Source: an uncultured Pseudomonadota bacterium
GTDB lineage: Bacteria > Myxococcota_A > Polyangia > Fen-1088
NCBI GenBank assembly: GCA_963847705.1
Contig: CAWKBC010000029.1
Span: 324,968 to 388,967, forward strand
Direction of reading: 5' to 3'
DNA: 64,000 bases
A program made the translations under genes and the position numbers. Of this stretch, positions 42,391 to 53,580 are shown piece by piece. Each line of letters starts with the position of its first letter. The first letter of the stretch is position 1. The notes beneath the pieces are model-generated. The model was not told where the DNA came from. It did not search any database and worked only from the letters and a program-made list of their open reading frames with translations.

Positions 42391-43582
42391 GAGGCAGCGT
42401 CAGCTTGAAGCCGACGGGGATCCCCTGATGAGTCGCCATGCCGACGATCGCGCCGTGGCTGTTGATGCCGTTGGCCTGCTGCAGCTCCCAGCCCTGCGCG
42501 GGATCGACGTAGTCGTTGAGCGCGTGCAGGCCGCCCAGCCCGCCCCCGTAGACGACCGCGACGTTGCTGTGGGCGTCCCTGGCCACCCAGCCGACGACGT
42601 CGCCGGTCGGGTCGACCGCCCAACCGACGCTCGGCGCGCCGCCCAGGGTACCGAGATCGTCGATCTCGTCCGTGGCCAGGCTCATCCGGAAGCCATGGCT
42701 CTGCCCGTCGTGCAGCCCGTAGCCGACGACGAAGGCGTCGTTGACGTCGTTCGCCCCGCGCAGCACCCATCCGGACGTCTTCGCGCGGCTGTTGAGATCC
42801 TGCAGCGCCGGGTGCGCGGCGCGGGAATCGTAAAGGAATGCGTGGCCGACGTCGTCGAGCGCCGAGCCGGCGACCTGCGCGTTCCCCACCACCAGGCCCG
42901 ACTCGCTGATTCCGCTGGCCGAGCTGCGCGCTCCGCCCAGCGTCCCCAGAGGGCGCAGCCCCGCCGCAGGCGACCAGAGGAACGCCTGCCAGGTCGTCGC
43001 CTCGCGGCCGAGCAAGAGGCCAACCACCTGCCCGCTGCCGTTCAGGTCCCAGACCGAGCAGCCGCCCGGGCAAAGCTCGGTGTGGCCGCCGGAGGGCGTG
43101 TAGCGATAGCCGAACAGGGTTCCGGTGCCGTCGCCGTGATCCGCGTGACCACCGATGGCGCCGTCGGGGGCGATCGCCGTCGCGAAGCTCTGAGCCCCAA
43201 ATCCGGGGAGCGCACCCAGGTCCTGGACGCCGCCCAGATCGGTGTGGCGAAAGGCGTGGTAGCCGCCGCCCGCGATCTGCGCCGAGCCGACCGCCACGCC
43301 GTCGTCGTTGATGTCCTGCATGAAGACGAGGCCGGTCCCGAGCGGCGGGATCTCGGTGATGGTCGCGTAGGCCTCGGCCGGGGGGGAGAGGCCGGCCGTG
43401 CAGTGGGCGCGAAGCTCGGCGTTCGCGGCGATGCGCGCGGCCACGCTCAGCGGCGGCGCCAGCGCAGGCTCATGCGCGTGCTCGTCGGTGCAGGCGCCGC
43501 AACCGAGCGACGTCGCGACGAGCGCCATCGACAGAGCCGTCTGAAACCTGAGCCCCAAAACGGATTGACAGATGAATCGCAT
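42374..43582 (-). CDS. HAF-repeat extracellular lipoprotein
   Basis: Repeated IND.G.VVG...HAF...DLGTLGG units. Start uncertain. Confidence 0.85.
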   Translation of the reverse strand: MRFICQSVLGLRFQTALSMALVATSLGCGACTDEHAHEPALAPPLSVAARIAANAELRAHCTAGLSPPAEAYATITEIPPLGTGLVFMQDINDDGVAVGSAQIAGGGYHAFRHTDLGGVQDLGALPGFGAQSFATAIAPDGAIGGHADHGDGTGTLFGYRYTPSGGHTELCPGGCSVWDLNGSGQVVGLLLGREATTWQAFLWSPAAGLRPLGTLGGARSSASGISESGLVVGNAQVAGSALDDVGHAFLYDSRAAHPALQDLNSRAKTSGWVLRGANDVNDAFVVGYGLHDGQSHGFRMSLATDEIDDLGTLGGAPSVGWAVDPTGDVVGWVARDAHSNVAVVYGGGLGGLHALNDYVDPAQGWELQQANGINSHGAIVGMATHQGIPVGFKLTLPLCRGP

Positions 43583-43760
43583 CGCCAACACGGTTACCCG
43601 TGCGCGATCAGCCTACACCCAAGCTCATCTTTGCGACCACGACAATGGAGGCGCGCGCTCCCATTTCGAGGCGCGCCGCGTTCGTCGGTCGCCAGATCTC
43701 TGGCGCCAGAAGCGCGACGCGCCCCGAAGAGGGCGTCGCCTGCGCGGACCCGTTGGCCCG

Positions 43761-46700
43761 CTACTTCTTGGCCGCGGCGGCCGGAAACGAGGCCTGCGCG
43801 CCCGCTGGCTGGGCCACCAGGTTGGGGTCGGTCCGCTTGAGGACGACCACCGTCTGCAGCGACTGCACGTCGTTGGACTCGCGGGCGAACACCTGCACCA
43901 GGTTGCTGCCCGCTCCGATCGGGACCTCGGCGTCGAAGTCCATCTTGGTGCGATCGCCGGTGAGCCGGTTCGGTTGGTAGAACGCCTTCTTGACCGGAAT
44001 CTTCGCGTTGCGATTCCAGACCCGGATGTAGACGTCGCGCACGACGCGCTCGTCGCTGGCGTGTCCCTTGATGTGCACGGTGTCGCCCGCGGCGATCGTC
44101 GGTGCGGTGACGGTCAAGAGCGGCGGCGTCACCTCCCAGTCGGGTTTGAACGTCCCGTGGACGGCGCCGCCCGACTTCAGGTCGGCGCTGGCGACGAAGG
44201 CCGAGCGGGTCGCATCGACGTCGACCCGCGTGAAGGCCCCCAGCTTGCCGGTCACCTTGAACGCGGTCCCCTTGCCGGCGTGCCCGACCACCAGCGATCC
44301 GTCGGCCGGCGTCTCGCGCAGCGGAACGTCGTCGCGGACGATGGTCGCGGTGCCGCTCTCGGTCTCCGGGGCCGGGCCGGTCGGCGCGATCTTGACCTTG
44401 ATCTTGTCGGTGACCGACTCGCCCAGCGTGGTGTCGCCGACCGACATCTCCAGCTGGTAGTCGTCCCCTTTGTACTCGGGGCGGACCTCGTAGACGAACG
44501 AGAAGGTCTTCGATTCACCCGGGCCGAGATCCTTGGTCTCGAATCGACCCGCGCTGATCAGGATCCCCTCCTGGCCGGTTCCGTTGCGGAGCACCGCCTC
44601 GGTGTGCATGGCGCGCCCCTGGCCGATGTTCTTCACCGTCACGAGGGTGCGCACCTGCTCGCCGCGCTGGACCAGGCCGTCGTGGTTGGCGCCCTTCTGA
44701 TCGTCGATGGTCTGGTAGCTGTAGGCGAACATCGGGCGCTGCTTCCCCTCGATGTTGACCAGCATGTCGGCGGCGACCGCCTTGGTCACCCCGCGCTGCG
44801 TGTAGAGCGTCGCCTTGATCTCGTCGGTGCGGGTGAAGGTCGAGGTCGGCACCTTGACCGACAGCTCGTAGCTCTTCGATTCGCCCGGCGCGATCTTGCC
44901 GAACACCATCTCGTTCTCGTCGAAGAGCGGGTTGTCGCTCTCGAACACCGCCCGCACCCGGTAGGCCGTCGTGTGACCGACGTTCTTGACCACCCCCTTG
45001 AGGTGGGCGGTCGTTCCCGCGTCGATCTTCGCGTCGCTGGACTTTGCTTCGCCGGCTTTTGCTTCGCCGGCTTTTGCTTCGCCGGCTTTTGCTTCGGCTT
45101 TGCCGTCACTCATCGTCTGCAACGTCAGCTGCAGGTCGGGATCGGCGCCGGTGGCCGGACCGGCCGTCCAGTCGACGCCCAGCTTCTCGAGCGCCTGTGA
45201 GACCTTCTTGTCCTCGACCCCGCGAACCTTGTCGAGATAGGCCTTCGACTGTTGCACCAGATCGCGCCGCTTGCTGCTCTTCGCCTGGACCAGCAGATCG
45301 CGCGCGAAGTCCATCAGGAAGTCGGTCTTGGTGTTCTCGTCGTCGCTGTCCGCCTGGTCGTCGGCGTCGTCGTCGTCCATCTCGTCGTCGTCGCCGTGGG
45401 GCTTGGCCTTCTCGTTGGGCTTCGGCTGGAAGAGGTAGGTCACCGTCTCCTCCGGCTTTTCGCCGTGGCGGGCGCTCGGGTGCTCGAGGTGCCACTCGTA
45501 GTCGGACTCGCGCCGCTTGTGCACCGACGGCTGCAGCCGAATCCAGGACCGCTCGCCGTCCTTCTGGACCAGCAGCGCGTCGGTCTCGATGTCCGGCACC
45601 ACCCCGACCCCCTGGATCGAGATGTCGCCCGGCGTGAGGTACTGCGCGGTCGTCAGCTTGAGCCCCAGCTTGTCGTCGTCGGCGCCGTCCCCGAACGAGA
45701 TCGGCGAGGGGATGTCGAACAGCACCTGGACCGAGCCCTTGCCGAAGGTCTCCTCGCCGATCACCACGCCGCGGTCGAGGTTCTTCATGGCGCCGGCCAC
45801 GATCTCCGAGGCGCTGGCGGAGTTCTGGTTCACCAGCACCGCCAGCGGGACCGTCGGCTCGTGACCACTGTCGGTCGCCGTCTCGTCCTTGCGCTGCGCG
45901 CCGCCGACGCCGACCATCGAGACCAACGTCCCCGACTTCACGAAGGCATCCGCCACCTTCTGCGCCTGCTCGTAGAGCCCGCCCGGATCGCCGCGCAGGT
46001 CCATGATGATCCCCTTGACGTGCTCCCGATCGAAGAGCGCCAGCGCGTCGGCCAGATCGCCGGCGCTGTTGGCCGAGAAGTGCTGCATGTGGAAGTAGCC
46101 GACCTTGGCCGGCGACTGCCCTGGACCCGACGACACCGAGAGGATGCGGGCCGCCGGATCGATCGAGGGCGGGCGGATGAAGGCGCGCGTGATGGTGAAC
46201 TTCTTCACCCCGGTGACGCCGTCGCGCTCGACATACACATCGACATTCGTATCGACGTCGCCCCTCAGCCGGTCGACCGCCTCGGTCAGCGTCATGTTGA
46301 CGGTCGACTCGTTGTTGATGCGGACGATGTGATCCTTGGGCTTCATTCCGACCCGGATGGCCGGTGTGTCGGGCATCGGGCGCTTGACCGTGATGCGGTT
46401 CTTCTTGTCCATCTCGATCACGATCCCCAGGCCGCCGAACTTCCCCTGGGTCTGCGTGCGCATGTCCTTGTAGGTCTCGACGTCGAGCAGGACCGAGTGC
46501 GGGTCGAGCGTGTAGAGCATCCCGTTCGTGGCCGCCATCTCGATCTCCACCAGCCGCCGCGCCTCTTCCTTCTCGGGCACCGGCTGCAAGTTGGGCTGCA
46601 CGAACTGGAAGATCTCCTGCAGCTTGCTGCGCAGGCTCCAGGGCGCGTCCACCTTCTCGATCGAGAAGCTCTTCTGCTGGCCATTGACCCGCACCGTCAC

Positions 46701-47015
46701 CTGCTTGGGGTCATGCTCGGGCCAGCGGTCGATCAAGATCTCCGGGACGTCGCGCTGAACGAAGTCGAGCGCGCCCACCAGCATCCGCCTGGGATCGAGC
46801 CGGTTCTTGTCGAAGTAGTTCTCGCGGACGTAAAAGAGGGTCTTCGAGAAGATCGGCAGCAGCGCCAGGTCGTACTTTCCGGCCGCCGGACGGGTGGCCG
46901 CGCGCAGCTGGCTGTCGGCGCCCACGCGAATGCCGTCCCCACCGTGGCGAATGGTCAGGATCAGCGCCGCGCTGCAAGCGGCCGAGAACGCAAGAACCTT
47001 ACTGAACCGCCGCAT
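43761..47015 (-). CDS. Large S41 C-terminal processing protease (PDZ + Ig-like extensions)
   Basis: LDPHS, FGGLGI, DLRGDPGG, SASASEIVAGA, TFGKGSVQ, IQGVGVVPD. Alternative starts at 47087 and 47099. Confidence 0.9.
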   Translation of the reverse strand: MRRFSKVLAFSAACSAALILTIRHGGDGIRVGADSQLRAATRPAAGKYDLALLPIFSKTLFYVRENYFDKNRLDPRRMLVGALDFVQRDVPEILIDRWPEHDPKQVTVRVNGQQKSFSIEKVDAPWSLRSKLQEIFQFVQPNLQPVPEKEEARRLVEIEMAATNGMLYTLDPHSVLLDVETYKDMRTQTQGKFGGLGIVIEMDKKNRITVKRPMPDTPAIRVGMKPKDHIVRINNESTVNMTLTEAVDRLRGDVDTNVDVYVERDGVTGVKKFTITRAFIRPPSIDPAARILSVSSGPGQSPAKVGYFHMQHFSANSAGDLADALALFDREHVKGIIMDLRGDPGGLYEQAQKVADAFVKSGTLVSMVGVGGAQRKDETATDSGHEPTVPLAVLVNQNSASASEIVAGAMKNLDRGVVIGEETFGKGSVQVLFDIPSPISFGDGADDDKLGLKLTTAQYLTPGDISIQGVGVVPDIETDALLVQKDGERSWIRLQPSVHKRRESDYEWHLEHPSARHGEKPEETVTYLFQPKPNEKAKPHGDDDEMDDDDADDQADSDDENTKTDFLMDFARDLLVQAKSSKRRDLVQQSKAYLDKVRGVEDKKVSQALEKLGVDWTAGPATGADPDLQLTLQTMSDGKAEAKAGEAKAGEAKAGEAKSSDAKIDAGTTAHLKGVVKNVGHTTAYRVRAVFESDNPLFDENEMVFGKIAPGESKSYELSVKVPTSTFTRTDEIKATLYTQRGVTKAVAADMLVNIEGKQRPMFAYSYQTIDDQKGANHDGLVQRGEQVRTLVTVKNIGQGRAMHTEAVLRNGTGQEGILISAGRFETKDLGPGESKTFSFVYEVRPEYKGDDYQLEMSVGDTTLGESVTDKIKVKIAPTGPAPETESGTATIVRDDVPLRETPADGSLVVGHAGKGTAFKVTGKLGAFTRVDVDATRSAFVASADLKSGGAVHGTFKPDWEVTPPLLTVTAPTIAAGDTVHIKGHASDERVVRDVYIRVWNRNAKIPVKKAFYQPNRLTGDRTKMDFDAEVPIGAGSNLVQVFARESNDVQSLQTVVVLKRTDPNLVAQPAGAQASFPAAAAKK

Positions 47016-47167
47016 GCGCGACTCCGGGGGCAAGGGGGAGGGGGGAGACGACGAGGGATCCGGGGTTGGACCGTCGATGAGATCCATGAATTTTTTCATG
47101 ATAGCCAGCCCACCCCGTCGCTGCACGGGGAGATCGCGATATACTTGCATTCTTTCATGGAACGCCC

Positions 47168-48010
47168 TTGAAGGCGCTCGGCACGTTGGCCGTCGTCGCC
47201 ACGCCGCTCGGGGACTCGCGCGATCTGTCGCCGCGCGCGGCTGAGGCGCTGCGCCAGGCGGATCTGATCGTCGCCGAGGACACGCGCAGCGCGCGGCGCC
47301 TGCTCTCCGAGATCGGCGCCGAGCGCAAGACGGTGCTTTCCTGCTTCGACGCCAACGAAGCCGCGCGCGCGGCCGAGGTGGCCGAGCGGCTGGCGGAGGG
47401 CGCGCACGTGGTGCTGATCTCCGAGGCGGGGACGCCGCTGGTGTCCGACCCTGGATACCGGATCGTGGCGGCCGCCATCGCCGCAGGCGCGCGCATCGTC
47501 CCCATCCCCGGCCCGTCGGCGGTGCTGGCGGCGCTGGTCGGTGCGGGGCTGCCCACCGATCGGTTTCTCTTCCTCGGGTTCCCGCCCCGCAAGCAGGGGG
47601 GACGGCGGCGGCTGTTCGAGAGCGTGCGCGCCCTCCCCTACACGCTGGTGCTCTACGAGTCGCCCATGCGTGCCGCGGCGACGCTGGCCGACCTGGCGGC
47701 TGTGCTGGGCGCCGACCGCCGGGCCTGCCTGGCGCGGGAGCTGACCAAGCCACACGAGGAGCTGGTGCGCGACAGCCTGGCGGCGCTGGCCGCCCGCTAC
47801 GAGACGGATCGCCCGCTCGGCGAGGTGACGCTGGTGGTCGAGGGGGCGCCCGAGGACGCCGCCACCGAGGAGCTCGACGACGACGAGATCCTCGGACGCG
47901 CCGCCGAGTTGACCGCCGCCGGCCACTCGACGGGCGATGCCGCGCGCGCGCTGGCGGAGATCACCGGCCGCCCTCGACGCGAGATCTACAACCTGATCTC
48001 CAAGTCCTGA
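47168..48010 (+). CDS. rsmI: 16S rRNA (cytidine1402-2'-O)-methyltransferase
   Basis: VATPLG, AEDTR, SEAGTPLVSDPG, PGPSA, LYESP, ARELTK.HEE. Confidence 0.93.
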   Translation: MKALGTLAVVATPLGDSRDLSPRAAEALRQADLIVAEDTRSARRLLSEIGAERKTVLSCFDANEAARAAEVAERLAEGAHVVLISEAGTPLVSDPGYRIVAAAIAAGARIVPIPGPSAVLAALVGAGLPTDRFLFLGFPPRKQGGRRRLFESVRALPYTLVLYESPMRAAATLADLAAVLGADRRACLARELTKPHEELVRDSLAALAARYETDRPLGEVTLVVEGAPEDAATEELDDDEILGRAAELTAAGHSTGDAARALAEITGRPRREIYNLISKS

Positions 48011-48114
48011 GCGCGACCCGATCTCCAAGTCCTGAGCGCGATCTGATCTCCAAGTCCTGTTCGCGACCTGACCTCCAAGTCCTGAGCGCGACCTATCTCC
48101 AAGTCCTGTTCGCC
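47991..48114 (+). repeat. Five tandem ~25-nt copies of the rsmI stop region
   Basis: Unit ACCTGATCTCCAAGTCCTG(AG/TT)CGCG starting at 47991, 48016, 48041, 48066 and 48091. Confidence 0.9.
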
Positions 48115-48302
48115 CTGGCTGAAACCTCGACTCATTTTTCGTGCGGATCGAGCGCTGCTTCCCGCCGACCGCCGAGGCCCGCACGAAGCTTTTTCCGGCG
48201 CGTGGTCTGCAACAACATCAACGGCAGACCACGCGCCGGAAAAAGCCCACGCGCGGCCAGAAGCGCCCGGTCGAAACGCGGCGTTCGAGCCGCGCGCAGC
48301 TC

Positions 48303-48379
48303 GGGGCCGAGGGCCGGGGCCGAGGGCCGGGGCCGGGGGCCGGGGCCGGGGCCGAGGGCCGGGGCCGAGGGCCGGGGCC
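48303..48379 (+). repeat. G-rich microsatellite (GGGGCC / GAGGGCC)n
   Basis: Directly visible between the convergent genes. Confidence 0.8.
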
Positions 48380-48392
48380 AGGAGAAAGGCCG

Positions 48393-49706
48393 TCAGAACA
48401 TCAGGGAGCCCTGGACGAACAGGTGCCAGTCCCTGCTGTCCTCGACTCGAAAACGGCGCCCCGGGATATCGATCGACTCGCGGTAGGTCGGGTTGGCTTC
48501 CTTGGGATCGGTCGAGTCGACGCGGCCGTCGTGGTTGGTGTCGACCCCGGCGCTGGCGTTGGTGATGAAGTGGGCCGCGTCGAAGGTCATGCCGTAAAGG
48601 GCGCGGAAGCGGATGTACTTGCCGACCTGGATGTTGAGCCCCGCTTCGCCGCCGAACAATCCGTAAGCGTCGATGTCGGTCACGCCCGGGTAGGGGGCAG
48701 CGTGGGGCTGCCCCATGGCGTCGGTAGTGACGTCGAGGCTCTGGCGGCAGGTCTCGGTCACCGTCCCTCCAGAGAGCGTGCAGCCGGGGTGGCCCGAGAG
48801 CGGCTCCCACAGCTCGCTGGTGCCGCGGCCGGCGAAGTGCTCGGCGGCGTGCGCTTGCAGCTCGACGGTGACGCGCTGGTCGCCGGTGGGATTCTCCCAG
48901 GCGATCTGCTCGACGCCGATGATCACGGTGGCGAATTGCTGGGGGTTGACGGACGTCTGCCCGCCGCCCTGGTCCTGGTAGATGCTGCCGTTGGTCCGGA
49001 TCGGCAGCATGTAGGACGCGCCGAAGTAGGGATCGAAGTGACGGAAGCGCTTCGAGACCCAGGTCGACCATATGAGCTGGTGATAGCCGAGGCCGACTCC
49101 GGTGTTGGCGTCGGGAGCGGCGGGGTCGAACCGCATGTCCTTGAAGATGTCGAGATCGGCATCGAACCCCAGCGTCCAGGTCGGCTTGGTGTCGTCGCGC
49201 TTCTGGTTGAAGGCCGCCCACTGAATGCCCAGGCCGAGGTACTGCAGGCCGCTGCGGGTCGGGCTCTGGAAGACGGTCGACGACGTCCCGTTGTATGCGG
49301 GGTAGATGCCGTCGCGCACGAAGGTCGTGGTGCCCCCGGGGGCCGCCGGGTCGACCGTCAGGTTGTTCGACTGGGCGAGGATGATGGGGAGGTCGACGTG
49401 CAGGCCGACGTCCCAGAGGATGCCGAAGTCGGTGCGCAGGTCGAGCAGATCGGTGGTCTGGGCGTACTTGAGGTCGGGGACCACCTGGAGACCGGCGCCC
49501 GAGGTCTCGGACTCGCGGTTGATGGCGGCGCTGTGGGAGTCGTGGAACCAGGCGGCCGTCAGGTTGAAGTCGAAGGTGTCGTCCTCGTCGAGCGCGGTCA
49601 CCACCCGGGTCACCTCGGCGGCGCGCGCGGACCGCACGGAGACGCCAAGCAGCGTCAGTGCTCCCAGGATCGCCCAGGACTTCCGGTTGAAAGTGGCGGC
49701 GCTCAA
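48393..49706 (-). CDS. Hypothetical outer-membrane beta-barrel-like protein
   Basis: Signal peptide ending ARA, amphipathic beta strands, C-terminal FVQGSLMF. Confidence 0.7.
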   Translation of the reverse strand: MSAATFNRKSWAILGALTLLGVSVRSARAAEVTRVVTALDEDDTFDFNLTAAWFHDSHSAAINRESETSGAGLQVVPDLKYAQTTDLLDLRTDFGILWDVGLHVDLPIILAQSNNLTVDPAAPGGTTTFVRDGIYPAYNGTSSTVFQSPTRSGLQYLGLGIQWAAFNQKRDDTKPTWTLGFDADLDIFKDMRFDPAAPDANTGVGLGYHQLIWSTWVSKRFRHFDPYFGASYMLPIRTNGSIYQDQGGGQTSVNPQQFATVIIGVEQIAWENPTGDQRVTVELQAHAAEHFAGRGTSELWEPLSGHPGCTLSGGTVTETCRQSLDVTTDAMGQPHAAPYPGVTDIDAYGLFGGEAGLNIQVGKYIRFRALYGMTFDAAHFITNASAGVDTNHDGRVDSTDPKEANPTYRESIDIPGRRFRVEDSRDWHLFVQGSLMF

Positions 49707-49774
49707 GGAGGCGGCGACGATAACACGCGTGGACGAAGCTCGGCTATAGCCCGAGCGGTGCCTGGCCAGGCACC

Positions 49775-51205
49775 CTACTTTTCGCGCAGTCCGAGCTCCT
49801 TCATCTTCGTCTGGAGGCTCTTGCGCGAGATCTTGAGCTTGCGCGCCGCCTGGGTGACGTTGCCGCCCGTGGCGTCGAGCGCCCGCTGAATGAGCTCGCG
49901 CTCGACCCGCTCGGTCTCGGCCCGGACCGCCTCCTTGAGCGATTCTGGCGCGGGGCGCTGCGTCTCTTCGCCGGCAGGGTGGGAGGCAGCGGAGACCGAC
50001 TGAGGTGCGGCCGCGCCCGCCACCTCGGGCGGCAGATCCGACACCCGGATCTCGGGCCCCTCACAAAACAGGACCGTCCGCTCCATCAGGTTCTCGAGCT
50101 CCCGGATGTTGCCGGGCCACTGGTAGGCGACCAGGCGCTCGACCGCCTCGGGCGTGATGGCGGCGATCTCTTTCTTCAAGCGATCGTTGAACTTCGCGAT
50201 GAAATGGTCTGCCAGCAAAGGAATATCCTCGCGCCGCTCACGCAGAGGGGGGATGTGAATCGGCACCACGTTCAGTCGGTAGAAGAGGTCCTCGCGGAAC
50301 GCCCCGGCCCCCACCTCGGCCAGCAGATCGCGGTTGGTGGCGGTGACCAGACGGACGTCGACCTTGATGGTCTTGATCCCCCCCACCCGCTCGAACTCCG
50401 ACTCCTGCAGGACCCGCAGCAGCTTCACCTGCATCTCGATCGGGATCTCACCGATCTCGTCGAGGAACAGGGTCCCGCCGTGCGCCAGCTCGAACCGCCC
50501 CGGCTTGGCCCCGACGGCGCCGGTGAAGGCCCCCTTGTCGTAGCCGAACAGCTCCGACTCCATCAGGGTCTTGGGGATGGCGGCGCAGTTGATCTTGATG
50601 AAAGGCCCCGCGTGCCGCGAGGAGTTCTCGTGCAGCGCGCGTGCAATCAGCTCCTTGCCGGTCCCCGACTCGCCACTGATGAGGACCGTCGAGGGGGTGT
50701 TGGCCACCTTCTCGACGACGCCGTAGATCGTCCGGATGGCGGGCGACTGACCGACCAGGCGGAAGCGCCCGTGCCCCGAGGGCTCCTCGGGCCGCGCGTC
50801 CCGGCGGGAGAGCGCGTAGGTGTTGATCGCCTTGGCGACCACCTGCCGGATCTGCTCCTGCTCGAACGGCTTCTCCAGGTAGTCGAAGGCCCCCAGCTTC
50901 ACCGCTTCGACGGCGCTCTCGACCGAGCCGTGCGCCGTGATCATCACGACCGGAACGTCCGGGTACTCGGCCGACAGCCGCTTGAGCAGACCCATCCCGT
51001 CGAGCCCGGGCATCTTGAGGTCGGTGATCACGGTGTGGACCCCGCCCTTCGTCCCCATTCCCCCCATCGCCTCCATGCCGTTGGCCGCGGTGATGACGTC
51101 GTAGCCTTCCCGGCGCAGCATGGCCTCCAGCACGCGGCGCATGTTCAGCTCGTCGTCGGCGACGAGCACCCGTTTGACATCGAGAGCAGCAGCGGCAGCG
51201 GTCAC
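49775..51205 (-). CDS. Sigma-54-dependent response regulator (NtrC family)
   Basis: Receiver [35 protein letters not shown], Fis HTH. Confidence 0.96.
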   Translation of the reverse strand: MTAAAAALDVKRVLVADDELNMRRVLEAMLRREGYDVITAANGMEAMGGMGTKGGVHTVITDLKMPGLDGMGLLKRLSAEYPDVPVVMITAHGSVESAVEAVKLGAFDYLEKPFEQEQIRQVVAKAINTYALSRRDARPEEPSGHGRFRLVGQSPAIRTIYGVVEKVANTPSTVLISGESGTGKELIARALHENSSRHAGPFIKINCAAIPKTLMESELFGYDKGAFTGAVGAKPGRFELAHGGTLFLDEIGEIPIEMQVKLLRVLQESEFERVGGIKTIKVDVRLVTATNRDLLAEVGAGAFREDLFYRLNVVPIHIPPLRERREDIPLLADHFIAKFNDRLKKEIAAITPEAVERLVAYQWPGNIRELENLMERTVLFCEGPEIRVSDLPPEVAGAAAPQSVSAASHPAGEETQRPAPESLKEAVRAETERVERELIQRALDATGGNVTQAARKLKISRKSLQTKMKELGLREK

Positions 51206-53463
51206 GGCGACGGCAGCTTACCGCGTTCCGGCGCTGGCGGTGGCCGGCGCGTGGCGGGCGGCAACGGCGGAGGGTGCTTTCCGATGGGCGGCGGAGCCGG
51301 CAGAGGCGGGGGTGTGGCCGGGGTCCGGCGCGGCGCCTCGCGCGTCGCCTCCAGATAGGCCGCGTAAGCGTCCGCCTCGATCGGCAGCAGAACCGTGAAG
51401 GTGGCCCCCTCCCCCGGCTGCGAGCGGACCTCGATCGTCCCACCGTGGTTCTCGATGATGCGCTGGCTGATGGGGAGCCCCAGGCCCGTCCCCTTCTCCT
51501 TGGTGGTGAAGAACGGGATGAAGAGGTTCTTGAGATCGCCGGCCGGGATCCCCACGCCGGTATCGCGGAAACGCACCTCGAGGAAGGCGGCGGTCGCCCC
51601 GCGGCGGGTGGCCCGGCGGAGCGCGGTCGAGATGAAGAGCTTGCCGGGCACGCCCGAGGGCGCCACGGCCTGGATGGCATTGAGCGAGAGGTTGAGGAAG
51701 ACCTGCAAGAGCTGCTCGGCGTCGGCGCGCACGGGCGGCATCCGGTCGGCGAAGGTGGTCACGATCTCCACCGCGCCCTGCTCCGGCGTCTCCTTCTCCT
51801 TGGGGAGCAGCGAGAGGGTCTTCTTGAGCACGTCGGCGACCTCCAGCGGCCGCTGCTCGCCGCGGTAGGGGCGCGCGTAGTCGAGGAACTGAGAGACGAT
51901 CTTGTTGAGGCGGTTCACCTCCTCGACGATGATGTCGAGGAACTCCCGGGTCCCTTCCCGCGTCCCCTGCGCGTCCCGGCTACCTTCCTTCGCGCCGTCC
52001 TGGGCCGGCTGCAGGAACTGCGCGGCCCCCTTGATCGACCCGAGCGGATTCCGGATCTCGTGGGCCAGGCCGGCGGCCATCTGCCCGAGCGCCGCCAGAC
52101 GGTCGCGCTCCTTCATCCGCTCGTAGACCTGCGAGTTCTGCAGCGTGATGCCGATGGAGGTGGCCACCCCGCGGAAGATCTCGATCTCGTCGGTGGAGTA
52201 GGCCTCGCGCAGCCGGTCGTCGCGGATGACCAGGGCGCCCAGGAGCTGATCCTCGCTGGAGAATCCCAGCGCCACCGAGCCGTACATCTGCTCCAGCGTG
52301 CGCAGCATGAGCTGCAGGCTCTCCTGCTCCTCGGCCGAGACCGGGCGCCGCGCCGCCACCTCGCGCTCGATCCCCTCCAGCGTGATGACGCCCGTGCGGC
52401 GCAGCCGCTCGAAGAAGGCGCGGTGGGCGATGGCGTCGAAGCGCCCCTCCGGCTTGGGCCCGACATGGCCGCTGAGCTCGTAGCCAGAGCCGTCGGGATC
52501 GGCCAGGTAGACCGAGGCGTGGGTGATCCGGCGCGAGTCCTCGAGCGCGCCCAGGACGCGCGGCACGAGAACGCGCATGTCGATGACGTTGGCCAGCTCG
52601 CCCCGCAGCGTCTCGATCCGCCGCGACAGCTCGAACTTCTCCTGGAACATCCAGCGGCTGATCCCCCCCTCGACCCGGGTGCGCAGCGGTTCGATGAGGA
52701 TGACGATGGTGGCCGAGGCCAGCAGCGTGTTGAAGAAGAAGAGCCCGGGCTCGTCGGTGCCGACCCAGCGAACCATCACGCCGTAGATGAAGGCCAGGAT
52801 GAAGACCAGCGTCCCCAACACCACCATCCGCCCGAGCAGCTCGTTCAGATCGAGCAGCCGGTAGCGGACCAGATTTTGCGACAGGAAATAGAGGTAGACG
52901 ATGATGAAGATGTTGCCGAAGCTCGGCCCGTGCGGGATCGCCTCGACGACCGAGGCGGTGACGGTGGCGAAGCCGCCGACCAGCAGGTAAAGCAGCCGCT
53001 TCTTCTCCACCCGCGACGGCGTCGCCCGGTAGCGGCGGTAGAGATAAAAGACCGACAGGTAGAGGCCGGCGAACACGTAGGCCATGAAGGCGACGTGGAA
53101 CGACAGCGTCCGGTGCACCGGCTCGATGAAGCGCGAAAACAGCAGGATGCTGTAGAAGACCGCCGCGCCGAACACGGTCGAGCGGCTGAGCGGCGGCGGT
53201 CCCGCCTCGTCCCCGAGAAAGGCCTGAAAGAAACGCTGCGCCGTGGCCGGCAGCGAGACCGCCGCCAGCAGCGACGCCCAGTCCCACAGCGGCGACTCGA
53301 ACCGCTTGGCGACGAACGAGAGCGCGCAGTAGATCGCAATGTTGAAGGCGAACGTGGCGAACAGCACGTGCGCGCCGCGGCGCGGCTCGCGCAGGAGAAC
53401 CGAGCCCCCGAGCGCGAAGGTGACGATGGCCGCGACCAGCGCGGAGACGGGCTGAATGCTCAA
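51202..53463 (-). CDS. Multi-TM + GAF sensor histidine kinase
   Basis: N-terminal TMs, GAF region, [33 protein letters not shown]. Confidence 0.94.
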   Translation of the reverse strand: MSIQPVSALVAAIVTFALGGSVLLREPRRGAHVLFATFAFNIAIYCALSFVAKRFESPLWDWASLLAAVSLPATAQRFFQAFLGDEAGPPPLSRSTVFGAAVFYSILLFSRFIEPVHRTLSFHVAFMAYVFAGLYLSVFYLYRRYRATPSRVEKKRLLYLLVGGFATVTASVVEAIPHGPSFGNIFIIVYLYFLSQNLVRYRLLDLNELLGRMVVLGTLVFILAFIYGVMVRWVGTDEPGLFFFNTLLASATIVILIEPLRTRVEGGISRWMFQEKFELSRRIETLRGELANVIDMRVLVPRVLGALEDSRRITHASVYLADPDGSGYELSGHVGPKPEGRFDAIAHRAFFERLRRTGVITLEGIEREVAARRPVSAEEQESLQLMLRTLEQMYGSVALGFSSEDQLLGALVIRDDRLREAYSTDEIEIFRGVATSIGITLQNSQVYERMKERDRLAALGQMAAGLAHEIRNPLGSIKGAAQFLQPAQDGAKEGSRDAQGTREGTREFLDIIVEEVNRLNKIVSQFLDYARPYRGEQRPLEVADVLKKTLSLLPKEKETPEQGAVEIVTTFADRMPPVRADAEQLLQVFLNLSLNAIQAVAPSGVPGKLFISTALRRATRRGATAAFLEVRFRDTGVGIPAGDLKNLFIPFFTTKEKGTGLGLPISQRIIENHGGTIEVRSQPGEGATFTVLLPIEADAYAAYLEATREAPRRTPATPPPLPAPPPIGKHPPPLPPATRRPPPAPERGKLPSP

Positions 53464-53545
53464 AGCGCCTGGATTTTAGCCCAGATCGACAGACAGGCGC
53501 AGTCGCGTGTCGCGCTGGAGGGAGCTGGGCACTGCCCGGCGCATT

Positions 53546-53574
53546 TTGCCGCGCCCTGGGCGGCCTGCTATGTT
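53546..53574 (+). promoter_or_regulatory. Sigma70-like promoter of a leaderless HNH transcript
   Basis: TTGCCG-17 nt-TATGTT with TG extension; the GTG start follows after a 6-nt gap. Confidence 0.6.
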
Positions 53575-53580
53575 CCGAGG

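Noticed and set aside
45043-45101. 15-nt repeat encoding (AKAGE)n in the S41 protease
   Set aside because: An in-frame linker expansion with no sign of further function.
47991-48114. CRISPR array
   Set aside because: The repeats are contiguous with no unique spacers, and there are no cas genes in the window.
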